A stretch of 64,000 nt of DNA. Origin: Callorhinchus milii. Lineage: Eukaryota. The notes under the pieces were generated by a model. The model searched no databases. It had not been told where the DNA came from and worked only from the letters and a program-made list of their open reading frames with translations. Shown here piece by piece: positions 23,701 to 35,700 of this stretch. How positions within the stretch are numbered: the first letter of the stretch is position 1; every line of letters begins with the position of its first letter. The stretch covers positions 94,552,001 through 94,616,000 of the forward strand of contig NW_024704742.1 of assembly GCF_018977255.1 (NCBI RefSeq). The letters run 5' to 3'. The position numbers were made by a program, and so were the translations under genes.

Positions 23701-26700
23701 CTTTAAGTTCTTATAGCTCTGCATCAAATTATTTTGTCAGATGTCACTAAAAGCAAACTAGCACTATATTGTTCAACAATTTTTCATTTATCTGAAGAGG
23801 ATATCTTTTTCAAATCAATCTGATAAAAGGCAGTGTCATATTCGTTCCATTAAGGATAATAATTACTTATACTGGTGCTTAAATATGTGACTTCCCTAGG
23901 AATTAGTAATAGGGCAGCAAATGTGAAATATCTTTAGTGTTTTATACCTCCTTTTGTAGTATCATTTTGAGCCTGGATACCATGATGGGTAGAGTTTTGT
24001 AAAGCAGGCAGGAGATCTGCAGCTTGAGTCATCAACTTCTGAGCTTCACTTACTGCACTGGTCTGCACAAATACAATGAGGAATAAAATTAGTTTTTTCA
24101 GCATGTTGAAATGCATATCCATTTTTGTCCTATCATCTTATAACTTTGTTAAAATCGTTCTCTTTCTTTTGCTAATACTTCCCCTACACTGCAAATTATC
24201 AACGGCTGAAAATATAAACACATCCATCTCTCTGATTGTCGCCTTTACTTGACAGGGATGGCGCTAGATAGGTTCAGATGAAGAACCTCCTTTGACCTGC
24301 TGATCTTATGCTGACCAGATATCCTGGCCCCCATCACAATGGGGAACCCTCATGACTGTGATTCCCTACAACTGCAGGAATCTCTTGAATTTACTGTTTG
24401 TGGAATCAAGACACTGCCACCCACACCCATTCTTTCCAGCCTTGTCACATTTACCACAATGTATTCTGTCAGTTCTGAAACACTGATTGCACTTTAATTT
24501 CACTGGAGTTAATAACAATTTGAAACAGATGGCAGAATAAATTGGCAATTTTGTGTAATGTAAAATGTGGAGTCCTGTAGCTCAGTGGTTAGAGCACTCG
24601 CTTTGCAAGTGAGAGACCTGAGTTCAATTCCAGGCAGAGGGCGAAACCTTGGGCAAGTTTCCTTACTCCACACGCCTAATAATAATCCCTCCAAAACTAA
24701 AAACAATAATTAAATTGGTCATTTTCAATCTACGACTGTTTGTGGGACATTGCTGTGCGCAATTGGCTGCCGCGTTCGCCCACAAATATACAGTCAATTC
24801 ACTTTACAGTGTGTTCTGTGAAGCGCTTTGGGACGTCCTCCCGACGTGAAAAGCGCTATATCAAATGCAAGGATTATTATTATTATTATTAATGTAATAT
24901 ACCTGAAAATGTAGAACTGAAGCTTCAAATTTTATTTTATTTAGATATTTTCTTTACACTCTCTGAAGAGGGGCACTGAGTTTAGTTTTACGTATACAAA
25001 CTATACTTGGTTTCAAATGAAGGTCAATGAACAAAAACTAGATAGTTTATTTCTAAACTCAAAACTCATTGTTGTGTTATCCCACATCACAGCCATAGTG
25101 AGAGCTATTGCTGGGCTGCTATGATGCAAACGAGTGCGAATTTAATGGTGGAAGCTTTAGCGCAGACTGCCCTCGCATCCTTTTGGCTGCATTTAATGTA
25201 GAAATTAGCACTGTCAACTGCAAAGCTTATGCAAGTAAAACCAAAGAAGCTTGCTGAACCTGAGACCCAATTTACTCCAAATAGGCCACCAAACTAAAAA
25301 ACTATTCTTGTGTCACAGGAAGGTCCTATACATAAAATGAATTGTGATGGTTTCAGATCTTTCCTTTTCCCCATTGAGAGCTGGTCTCCCTGTAGGCCAT
25401 ACAGTCACACGTTACAGTATTTTCTATGAAGCACTTTTAGACATGCTCCCGATGTGAAAGGCACTATATCAAATGCAAGGATTATTATTATGTAGTCAAC
25501 TTACAGTGAGTTGCTTATATTCAAGAACTTCCAGAAATTAAATACTTCACCTCTTTCTTTGTGAAAGCAATCAGGGCAGTCAGGAGTAAACGAGTAAACT
25601 TTATTCTGCTGAAAACTGCTGTACATTGTTGATGCTGAAACATTAAAATAAGACAGCAATGTATGTTAGACTTTCAAGTACAAGCACACTATCATTCAAT
25701 AAATGGATTGACTAAAGTAGAAATAGAAATCACACGCTAAAGTTATCTTGGAGGCTTCTCTTTTCCACCACAAACCGTCTCCTCCATCCACCTTGCCACG
25801 CCTCACCCATCCTCTCCTCAAACTCCAACTGTGAGGAGATGCTGGATTTCCTCGAAACCAAAATCGAGGGGATACGTTCAGCCACCTCTGCCCCATCCAC
25901 AGCCACCCCCACATCACCTCTCCCTCATGACCCACCCCCCACCCATCCCCCCCTATACTCCTTCGACCCTGTCTCTCCCTTCTCCCTCTCCGCGATTGTT
26001 CGCAAACTCAAACCCACCACCTGCTCCCTCGATCCCATCCCCACCTCTCTTCTCATCTCCCAGCGCCACCTTCTGGCCCCTCTCCTGTCCAACGTCATCA
26101 ACCTCTCCTTGTCAACCGGTTCAATTCCAACACCCCTGAAAACAGCCGTCATCATCCCCATCCTGAAAAAACCTTCCTACTCTCCAGCTACCGCCCCATC
26201 ACCTGGAACGAGTCGTCGCTTCCCAGCTCTGCTCCTTTCACTCTCGCCATTCCCTCTTTGAACCTCACCAATCCGTCTTCCGCGCTGACCACAGCACGGA
26301 AACAGCGCTGGTTAAAGTCACTAATGACATTCTGAACATCTGTGATCAGGGCTCCCTCTGCCTCCACCCTCAACTCCAGGACCACTGCTGTCCTGACGGA
26401 CTGCCTGTCGGACATCAAGTCCTGGATGAGGCTAAACTTCCTCCAGTTGAATTTGAACAAGACTGAGGCCCTCCTGATTGGCTCACACCAGCGCCTCAGC
26501 ACCTCAGGCTCTGGCAGCATCAGCCTCCATGGTTGCACACTTCAGCTCACCAAACCAGTCAGGAACCCAGGTGTCTTGTTCGACCCTCAACTGTCTTTTC
26601 TTCCCCACATCCAAGCCATGACCCACTCTGCCTTCCCTCACCTCCATAACATCGCCCAACTCTGCCACTACCTCACTCCTCAGGGCGCTGAAACTCTTGT

Positions 26701-29700
26701 TCATGCCTTCATCACCTCCAGGCTCGACTATGCAAACGCCCTGCTTGTCAGCCTTCCCAACTCCTCCCTCCACAGGGCTGCAGATAATCCAGAACTCTGC
26801 AGCCCATGTCCTCTCCCACACCAAACTCTGTGACCCCATCTCCCCCATTCTCACCCGACTCCATTGGCTCCATATCCTTCAGAGGATCCAGTTAAAAATC
26901 CTGGTCCTCACCTACAAAGCCTTCCATGGCCTCGCCCCACCCTATCTCTGTGACCTCCTAACCCCCTACCAACCTGCCTGCTCCCTCCGCTCAGCCAGCT
27001 CCGGCCTGCTTCATGTCCCCCGACCCACCCACCCCACCATTGGCAGGAGAGCCTTCAGCCACTCTGACCCCAACCTCTGGAACTCCATCCCCCAGTCACT
27101 CCGCCTCGCCCCCTCCTTAGCCTCCTTCAAGTCCCACCTCAAGACCCTCCTCTTCGACCATGCCATTGGTCACCCCCCTTCCCCTCCCCTCCCTTCTCTC
27201 GCCTGACCCCAGCTCGGGTCTGAAATGCTGTACACTGTCCAGCGCCTTGGGACGTCCTCCCGATGTGAAAGGCTCTATAGAAATGTAATCTTGTTGTTGT
27301 TAAGTTTACTAAACAGCCGAGAATCATCTGCAGATTTTCTTAGTTTAATTCCTCCTTGACCAAAACAAAGTTTAACCAAATTATATTCTGACAATATTTC
27401 TTAGCATGATTTAAGCAAATACTACATTCTTCAGCAAAATTAATAAGTAATCCTCAAAAAAGTTATACCATGAGATTTCTGTAAAGCTTGGGTTCATCTT
27501 AGGTCAGATTTTGCAACTGCTACCACAGTGGTGTAGTTTCAATTTGGAACAATTAACCTGGCTCAGGTGTTTCTCGATCTGATTCTGGATGCAAATGAAA
27601 ACCCGAATGGACGGAAGAGGAAATTTGTTATTATAATGAAGAGAAGATATCTCCTTCCGGCTAATGGCTCATGTTTTAAAAAAACGTGTACAATGAGGGA
27701 GTAACTTGATATGATTTTTTCCAGTTTATTTTTACATCAGTTTTCTTTAAAGAAACACAAAATAAATCACTGTAAATGAATATAATTCTAGTGAACAGGA
27801 AATTACACAACAAGCACAATGCTTGAATGGCTTCCCTCTGTGCAATAAACATTCTGGATTCTAATACTGGCATTTCTCACAAAACNTTTTTTTTTCTTTT
27901 TCTTTTACTAGGGTGTGTAATCTCTTGTGAAGATGCATAGCTACTTATTTTCCCCACTAATTTATCTTTCCATTTTTCTTGGACCTCATAAATCCAGTAG
28001 CTCACTTAACCTACTGCTAAAAACATTAGTCAAGATACATGAGAGAATGAATTAGTCAAGACACCCCAATGACATTTATTTTGTCCTGAAGTGAATAACA
28101 TCTGCTTGTCACCTCCCTTCACAGGCCGCCCCACAAAAATCCCAATTAGAATACTCCAGAGTTAGAAACTAAAACTGTAGGAAATAAATGACAAGGTTAG
28201 TTTTGTTCTTACTTCAAGTTCAACCTCTGGGTTGCGCTCTTCCCCTTGTCGACTCCTAGTGCTCTGTAAAAGCAGAAACATCATTTTGAAACATGCAAAA
28301 CTGGAAAATACGAGAATAAAATTTAAGAATCAGAGCCCGGAAGATTATTTTGGTCTTTGTTATAAGATCAATTAAGATGAGGCCAGAAGTTAAGAAAATT
28401 CTTGATTCACTTTTGAAGTAGTTTCTAACTACGAAAAATTAATTAAGACCTTGAGGAATTTCAGGCAGTTAAAATGTTAACTGCCTGAAATGTTGTTCTA
28501 AACCCTTCTAACATCATGAGGTAAAAACAAACTATTTAAATCCCATTCTGTACTCTTCTGTGCGTTTTAAGCGTTCTGAGACGCTACCCTGCATGGAGGG
28601 CACTATATAAGTGCAAGTTGTTGTTGTTAATGTTGATTTAAAATGGTGATTTCTTAACTATTTATATTAACACAGTACCTTTACTCTTCTTTGAAGATCA
28701 TCTTCTACATCTTTTAACATACCTGGAAATAAAGAAAATTAAATGGCAGTTTAAATGCCCAAATATAAAATCCCCTAATTACATGTAATGGACTCTCCAA
28801 TGGTCATGAGGATTGGTAAGTAAACAAATTTGGTGTTTCTGGGCCGCTAGCCCACACGTTGAAAAAAATTATAACTTTATCAGTGAAATTTCATCCTCCA
28901 TATGATCACTGTCTGCGCTGATAAACTAAGGCAACATTAGCCTACGTGTTCTCAGTTTAGTGAAGAGAAACGTCAGCCAGGATTCCTGCATTGGATGTTA
29001 TTCAGTGAGCCCTCCAGGAAAGTGCATTGTTGAGAACCACACTGAGCTCAGCTGTGTTGCCTCTACAATTGAGTAGCCTTCAACACACACAAAGTACGTA
29101 AGTGAAGTATCGGAGTTTTTTAACCCAAACAGGCCCTCAGTTTAACATCTCATCTGAAGGATGTTATCTACATCAATATGGTGTAGATGCATTGGAGTGT
29201 CAGCCTGGACTGTGAGCTCAAAGTTCTGACATGGAGCTTGAACCCACAAATAAGCTAATATGAGTGACATCTTCTTGGCAATAAAAGAAAGATTTTCACA
29301 TAATATGTGAAAAGTTTTTATTTTAGTATTGGATTTTAATCAAAAAAATGTACTATTTACAGAGGTGAAGCATTAACTGAAGCTTTAATTGTAACTTGTT
29401 ATAATAGGATAAATCTAGATATAGGATCTTGAATCTGATCATTCATCTACATCAAACTGTCGTCACTTCCCGCCTTGATTTTTTCAATGCACTCGTCTGT
29501 AACCCCCAGCTCCACCATTCAAAGTCCAACTGATTTAGGACTTGCTGCCTGTATCCTTGCCCATATCAAACTCGCAACCTTATCACCCCAGTCTTTGCAA
29601 AGCTCCATTGGTTCCCTGTCGCAGAACGGATTGATTTCAAGATCCTCTCACTCATCTAACAATCACTTCATGCCCTAGCACCTCCCATTCCTCTACCCTC

Positions 29701-32700
29701 CCTCTTCACTTGGCCGGCTCTGGCCTTCTGTGAGTCCCCTACCCCGCCACTCCACCATTGGCAGTTGTGCCTTCAGTCAGTGCCCTGAACCTACGGAACT
29801 CCCTGCTTCAATCCCTCTGCCTTGCCCTCTCTTTCCCCATCTTTGAATGGCATCTGAAAACTTTTCTCTTAGACTGTGTCTATGGTCACCTCCTCTTTCT
29901 CCCAGGCTTGGTGTCAAACTCCACCATTGCTCAGTGCTCGAAACACTTACCCTGTGTGAAGGGCGCTATATAAACGCAAGTTGCTTTTGCAAACTTCCTC
30001 AAAGTTTGACACAATTGCTATTAGTTGAATAGTTCCTCAACTGAATATGCACAGAATTTTTGGAGAACAAGTAAACTAGATTGTACCTACAACTTCAAAA
30101 CTATGGCAAATATGGAAAGTAGCAGTTACCTGTAACTCTCAAATCTGTGACATTATTGGCCATTTTGAAACCGTAAGTCATTGACTGGAAATCCTCCTGA
30201 AAATAAAAATGAGATAACACACCTACAAATGATGGTTCAGAATTCCAGCATTCTATGAAATACATGTTTTCCCTCCCCATTAAACATCTTGAAACCACTA
30301 TGTTAATCTCCTTTGCTTTTCAATTTCAAGCACCAGTGAACTTTTTGTTTTGCACTTACAATACAAAATCCCATTCAATCATTGCATTGGGGAGCATGTC
30401 GCTTCCCTCAGGGGGTTAGGACATTCCTCTACTGGTTAACTTCAGTTCTAAGCAGCAGATGTGCTGATTATCGCAGAATAAGACACAGTGAAAATTCAAC
30501 ACCAGCTGGCTGGTGAATATCTTTTCAGCTAATAATGCCCATCAATGGTTTACTAATGATGCTTGTGGGGTAGAGTTCTACGAGATATACTATAATAATA
30601 ATAATAATCCTTGCATTTGATATAGCGCTTTTCACGTCGGGAGGACGTCCCAAAGCGCTTCACAGAACACACTGTAAAGTGAATTGACTGTATATTTGTG
30701 GGCGAACGCGGCAGCCAATTGCGCACAGCAATGTCCCACAAACAGTCGTAGATTGAAAATGACCAATTTATTATTGTTTTTGTTTTGGAGGGATTATTAT
30801 TAGGCTCTGTGTGGAGTAAGGAAACTTGCCCAAGGTTTCGCCCTCTGCCTGGAATTGAACTCAGGTCTCTCACTTGCAAAGCGAATGCTCTAACCGCTGA
30901 GCTACAGGATATACTACACAGTTTTTCACACTCTATGCCACTTTCGACTAAATTTACATTAAAGCTAAATAAATGTAACAATCGCATCACATCAGAAGTA
31001 TAAGAACACATCTCAGAGACCTGGTCTATCCTTCACCACTTGGAATTCCTTGGGATGCAAAAAAATCTGAGACCATCCCTTTTCCTTTCCCAGAATGGAA
31101 TCATGTTTTCGCTTTACAAGAAACGTGTAGGATGGTGAGCTATCATCGCCTGCGGTTTCATGGGTACCAGATAGTTGAAGCGGCAATGGACCCATCCAAA
31201 GAAAAATGTGTGTGGTGTGCAGCCTAACTATTACTCTGGCTGGAGGCTATGAGGGCCAGCTAAGGCTTTTCAGCCCTGAATAGAGACATCTCAAAGAGGA
31301 TCTTATAAAGATGTAGAAGACGCTAAACGAAATAAAAACAAAACAAAAGCAGAGCAACACTTTGATTTGTTAATGCAGAACGAGGGGTCACATGGACATA
31401 GGTTTCGGGTTGTGAAAGAGCAATTTTAGGACAGACACCAAGAAGCATCTCTTTACATGTAGAGTTATTAAATGAGTGATTACATGTAGGGTTATTAAAT
31501 GAGTGATTTAGACCAGGACACCAAACTCCCTTGATATAGCAAAAGGAAAAATGTAGAGTCAGTATTCTGGAAGGATGTGGTCAAATGAGATGAACGGCCT
31601 TCTTCATCCATACCTTTCTTGTGATCTTTTGCATGGTTACAACGTTTAATTCACATTGAGACTTAATATAATTTTAAAAATCATCTCACTCTTTGAATTG
31701 AAGCAAAGATCTATGAACTAGTCGAAAGTCTGTTTCCTTCATTTTGCTCAAAAACTCATGCATCAAAAGAACCTACCCTTGACATCTCTGCTCCTGCACG
31801 TACCTCTTCAAACACAGCTGCTTTATTCACTTTTTCTCTGGCAATATCACATATCTTTAGGATGCCCAGAGCAAAGGCTTTCATAGCAGGATCCTCAATC
31901 AAGTCGGGATTATGGACATAAAGACACGTGAAGACAGTCTGGGCCAGAGAATGACCTTCCAGCCACGTTATCTGTGAAATGAAAAGAAACCATGAGGTTA
32001 CCCCGGTACACACAAGTTTATGCGTTAAGTATTTTTGTTGGTCGACAAAGAAATGAAGGCAATGTACATCAAATGGCATTTTAAACATCTAAGTGTATGA
32101 ATTATTACTTTCTTTCAATGTAATTAAACAGTTATCAACAATAAACATTTGAGAATGCTAATTATCAGTCACAGCATGATCTTGAAAAGACAAAATTATA
32201 CACAAGACTGTAAAAGGACCATTGCCCTTTCCTGAATCAGTCGATTTAAAAAAAAGGAACCATTTATTTTCAAAACAATGAAACTGAGAACAATTTTGTA
32301 GGATACAGTTCAGAGCACAGCAGCTTTTGTGAGCTAACAACAAAAGTTACTATATTATGGATGAGAAATTAAACAGAGTATTATCTTGTTCTAAGTATCC
32401 TTACCAAACAACAGAAGCAGGTGTCCATTATCCCTATCAGCTCTGGCAATGTAAGGCCCTTGATTTTAATTGTTTCATCCTTCAGTAAAATACAAAAAGT
32501 CATAACATAAGAAATCATCTACTTAAAAGAATGTTTGTTGAATTGCAAATATCTCTAAATTTAGCTCATTACAAATACATACTTAGTTTTTTTAGTTTCA
32601 TATCAATTCAGTTTCTGAGCTCAAATATTTCTAAACAGTTATAATAAATCATATTATAATCATAAATCATCCAGAACAGACTGTTCTGATTATTCAAAGT

Positions 32701-35700
32701 TATAAGAACATTGCTGTGAAGTTTGTTATTAACCATTTAGAATTTATCAAATGTGTTGGAAAAGTGAAAAACTTGGCACTGTAAAAAAGGGATAGGAATC
32801 AACTTCAACTTTGACATAAAAGTACGACAAGTTACAAACACTGGACATAAAGAACGAAAATGATTTTAAGCAATACCAATGCAAATGTTTAAATATGTTC
32901 TTCCTGCTGCTCCAAACAGTATAAAATTAATTTCCCTTCACCTTACTTAGCTTTACATAAAGTAAATGGAGCAATTTGTTTTTAATACATTTCCAATGCA
33001 TCAGACATTTTATGGTATACACCTCCTTGTTTATTTTCTACCCTATCCTGGTCTCTCTACGCTATGGGCTCCACCTCGAACATTCTGAACCTAGTATAAT
33101 ATTACAAGTTTGAATGAAAGCAGAGTAGAAAAATCTTTCCTTCACATTTTCCTCCATGTGGACAAGCACTGAGCCCCTGCAAGGGATGAACAGCAATTCA
33201 CTGATATGGGAAAATGCAGCTACAACCCACGTGCCACCTACACCAAGTGGACTATTCCTGGAATCTGCTATCTTGTCTTAAAACTGGTTCAGTGTTCAAA
33301 TTTCTATTAATTACCATAATTGCCATTAGGCATTTATATGCGCTGGGTTTGGTTTCAGTTCATTGCCTGATTTTCTGCGTGAAATGATGCCTTAAATTCC
33401 TGTGCGCAAGTTGTCTTGCTATTTAGAACAAAAAAAAGTATCAAGGATGGACACACATGGATTTTATGTGTGTTGCAAAACACAAGAATAATGTGAGTCT
33501 TTAATGCAATGGCAACATTGTGAAAATAATGAGCATTGGACTGGTATGCAGAACAAATTGGAATGTATAACACAATAATCCATTTTTATCCTTAGTTGGC
33601 CACAACTGTTCATGGTATTAATGTTCATGGTATTCTACATCTTTGAAAGTGGGAGGAATTTTTTTTAATAAAGAACAATTTGAACTTGTATAACATATTT
33701 CATGTGGAATAAAAACAGTGGCCAGTTCACTCATGTTGATGAAAATATTTTCTCAACAAAAAATATTATTCATGCAAATCAATTTCTAGTTTTCAGATAG
33801 TTGGCTTACAAATGATTTTTCTTCTCATTTTGTCTCAAACCATTTAATAATTTCCAAACAGGTTCCCCTGCTTATAGGTACGGTGCAACTTGTCACCACA
33901 CTTTCTCTTGGGGAAGAGGAGTGGGATGTGAAGAAAGGAGGGGTGGGGAAAGCATAGAAAGAGGCACCCAACTTCTGGTTAGTAATTCCCATTAGCAGAG
34001 CAGTCAAATCTTATTGGAAACTATAGGTAAGAAACTGCATCATAAAATCAAGTAGTTATCTTAAGAGAAAGAGAGAATATAATGCAACATGCCTTTTGTT
34101 CACTGAAGTCACAATAACACTATTACCACTTGGTTAGGATGGATTTAATGATAGACAATTCTAGAATAAAAGTGACATACCTTGACTGCCTGCTCAAAGT
34201 TCAGCACCTTCCGGTTAACCTGGTTTCCAATCATTCCTGCATCCATCTTTGGGTCCATCATCTCAATTGCAGACATTGCTTCAAACAAGCCAAAGCTAAG
34301 GTGAAACATTTCAAACATATTCTCAATTATCATTCTGTAATAATGTCGAAAACTGACACTGCAATGCTTCAATACAAATTTGTCATATATTTTACATACA
34401 ATGGAACAAATCTATCATAACTCCCTCTGTATGAACATTAAAAATCCTTTTAAGGATTTTCAATATAATGGCAATTAATTTCATTAACTTATAGTCGTAA
34501 CTGATTTTAAGGTGTCAAGGGGGACAGTTGTCCGTTAATGTCTCATTTATGTTACTGGAACTACAGTATTTCTTATTACTTCCAACAGGAGAGTGATTCA
34601 GAGTTGTAACAAGATTTAGATTTGCTGCCTCAAGCACACTTGTAATGCTCATATTCTGTGTAATCTTTTTAAGTTTGAAAGTTCAATTAACAGCAGTTTC
34701 AGTATAAATCAGGTTTATATTGCAGCTAATGCATCAGTTATAATGTTGAAACCATTAACCATGATAAATATATAGTAACACTTACAGTTTGTCATGAAGA
34801 AGCTCTCCCAGTTTAAGATCTGAAAATAAACAAATTTGGAGAAATTAGATGGAAGTTTTTGCAAAGTATTTCAAGATCGACATAATACAATTTGCACTGA
34901 AATATGAATGAAATGCCACTCTCACCAATGTTACTTTCCCATGATAGGTATTTGACCTCTGACTAGTAGCTACCCATGGTGGCGTAATCGTTGAAAAATC
35001 AATGTGGAAGAAAGATTATAGCCATAAAGCTTTACAAATGTAATTTTGGATTGTATTTTCCTGCCTTTCTATGATGATGTGGTTGTTCAAAAATACTAAC
35101 CATCAAGCGCCCTCCCTTATTTTACAATTCAGTGAGGGTTATTGCAATATAATTCAGATTGATGCATTGCACATTTAATTACCACTGAAATGAATCAACA
35201 CCAAGTTTCAACAGATTTTAATGTTCTGCTCGTAAATCACCTCAATGTTGTGATTCTGTTTGCCTATGTCACTAATCTTTCTACTTATCACATCAGGAAT
35301 CCCAAACTATCATGATCAGACCTTTCCTAACAGATTTTTTTAAAAAAACAAAGTAAGTTTTGCATTTAATCTGCTTTTCTTAATATTGAAATGGTTTGGG
35401 TACACAGATACAAAAAACAACGTACTTACTACTTGCCCTTGTATGAAAGAAACAGAAAGTAAACAAATGGGATTGATGTTGGGGTTCTCCATTATAACAC
35501 AACAGTGAAAGCTTTTGCAACAGGTGCGATCTGAGAAACAGTGTGATAACACTTTCACTAAGGCCATTTTCAACCATTGTCATCAGGTGTGACATTCCTG
35601 CTGTAACTTTCCTCTATTTGTGAAAGAAACAATAGTGAGGGAAAAAAATATGAAGTACTTAAAAAGTAACAAATTCTGAGGTAAAATGGCCTCCTGACAA

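Noticed and set aside
24570..24645. tRNA-Ala gene (also 62701 and the heads of other copies)
   Set aside because: No proper acceptor stem, and it continues into a multi-copy SINE body and tail; this is a SINE head.
27886..27886. Ambiguous base n beside a poly-T run
   Set aside because: Assembly ambiguity or small gap, not biology.
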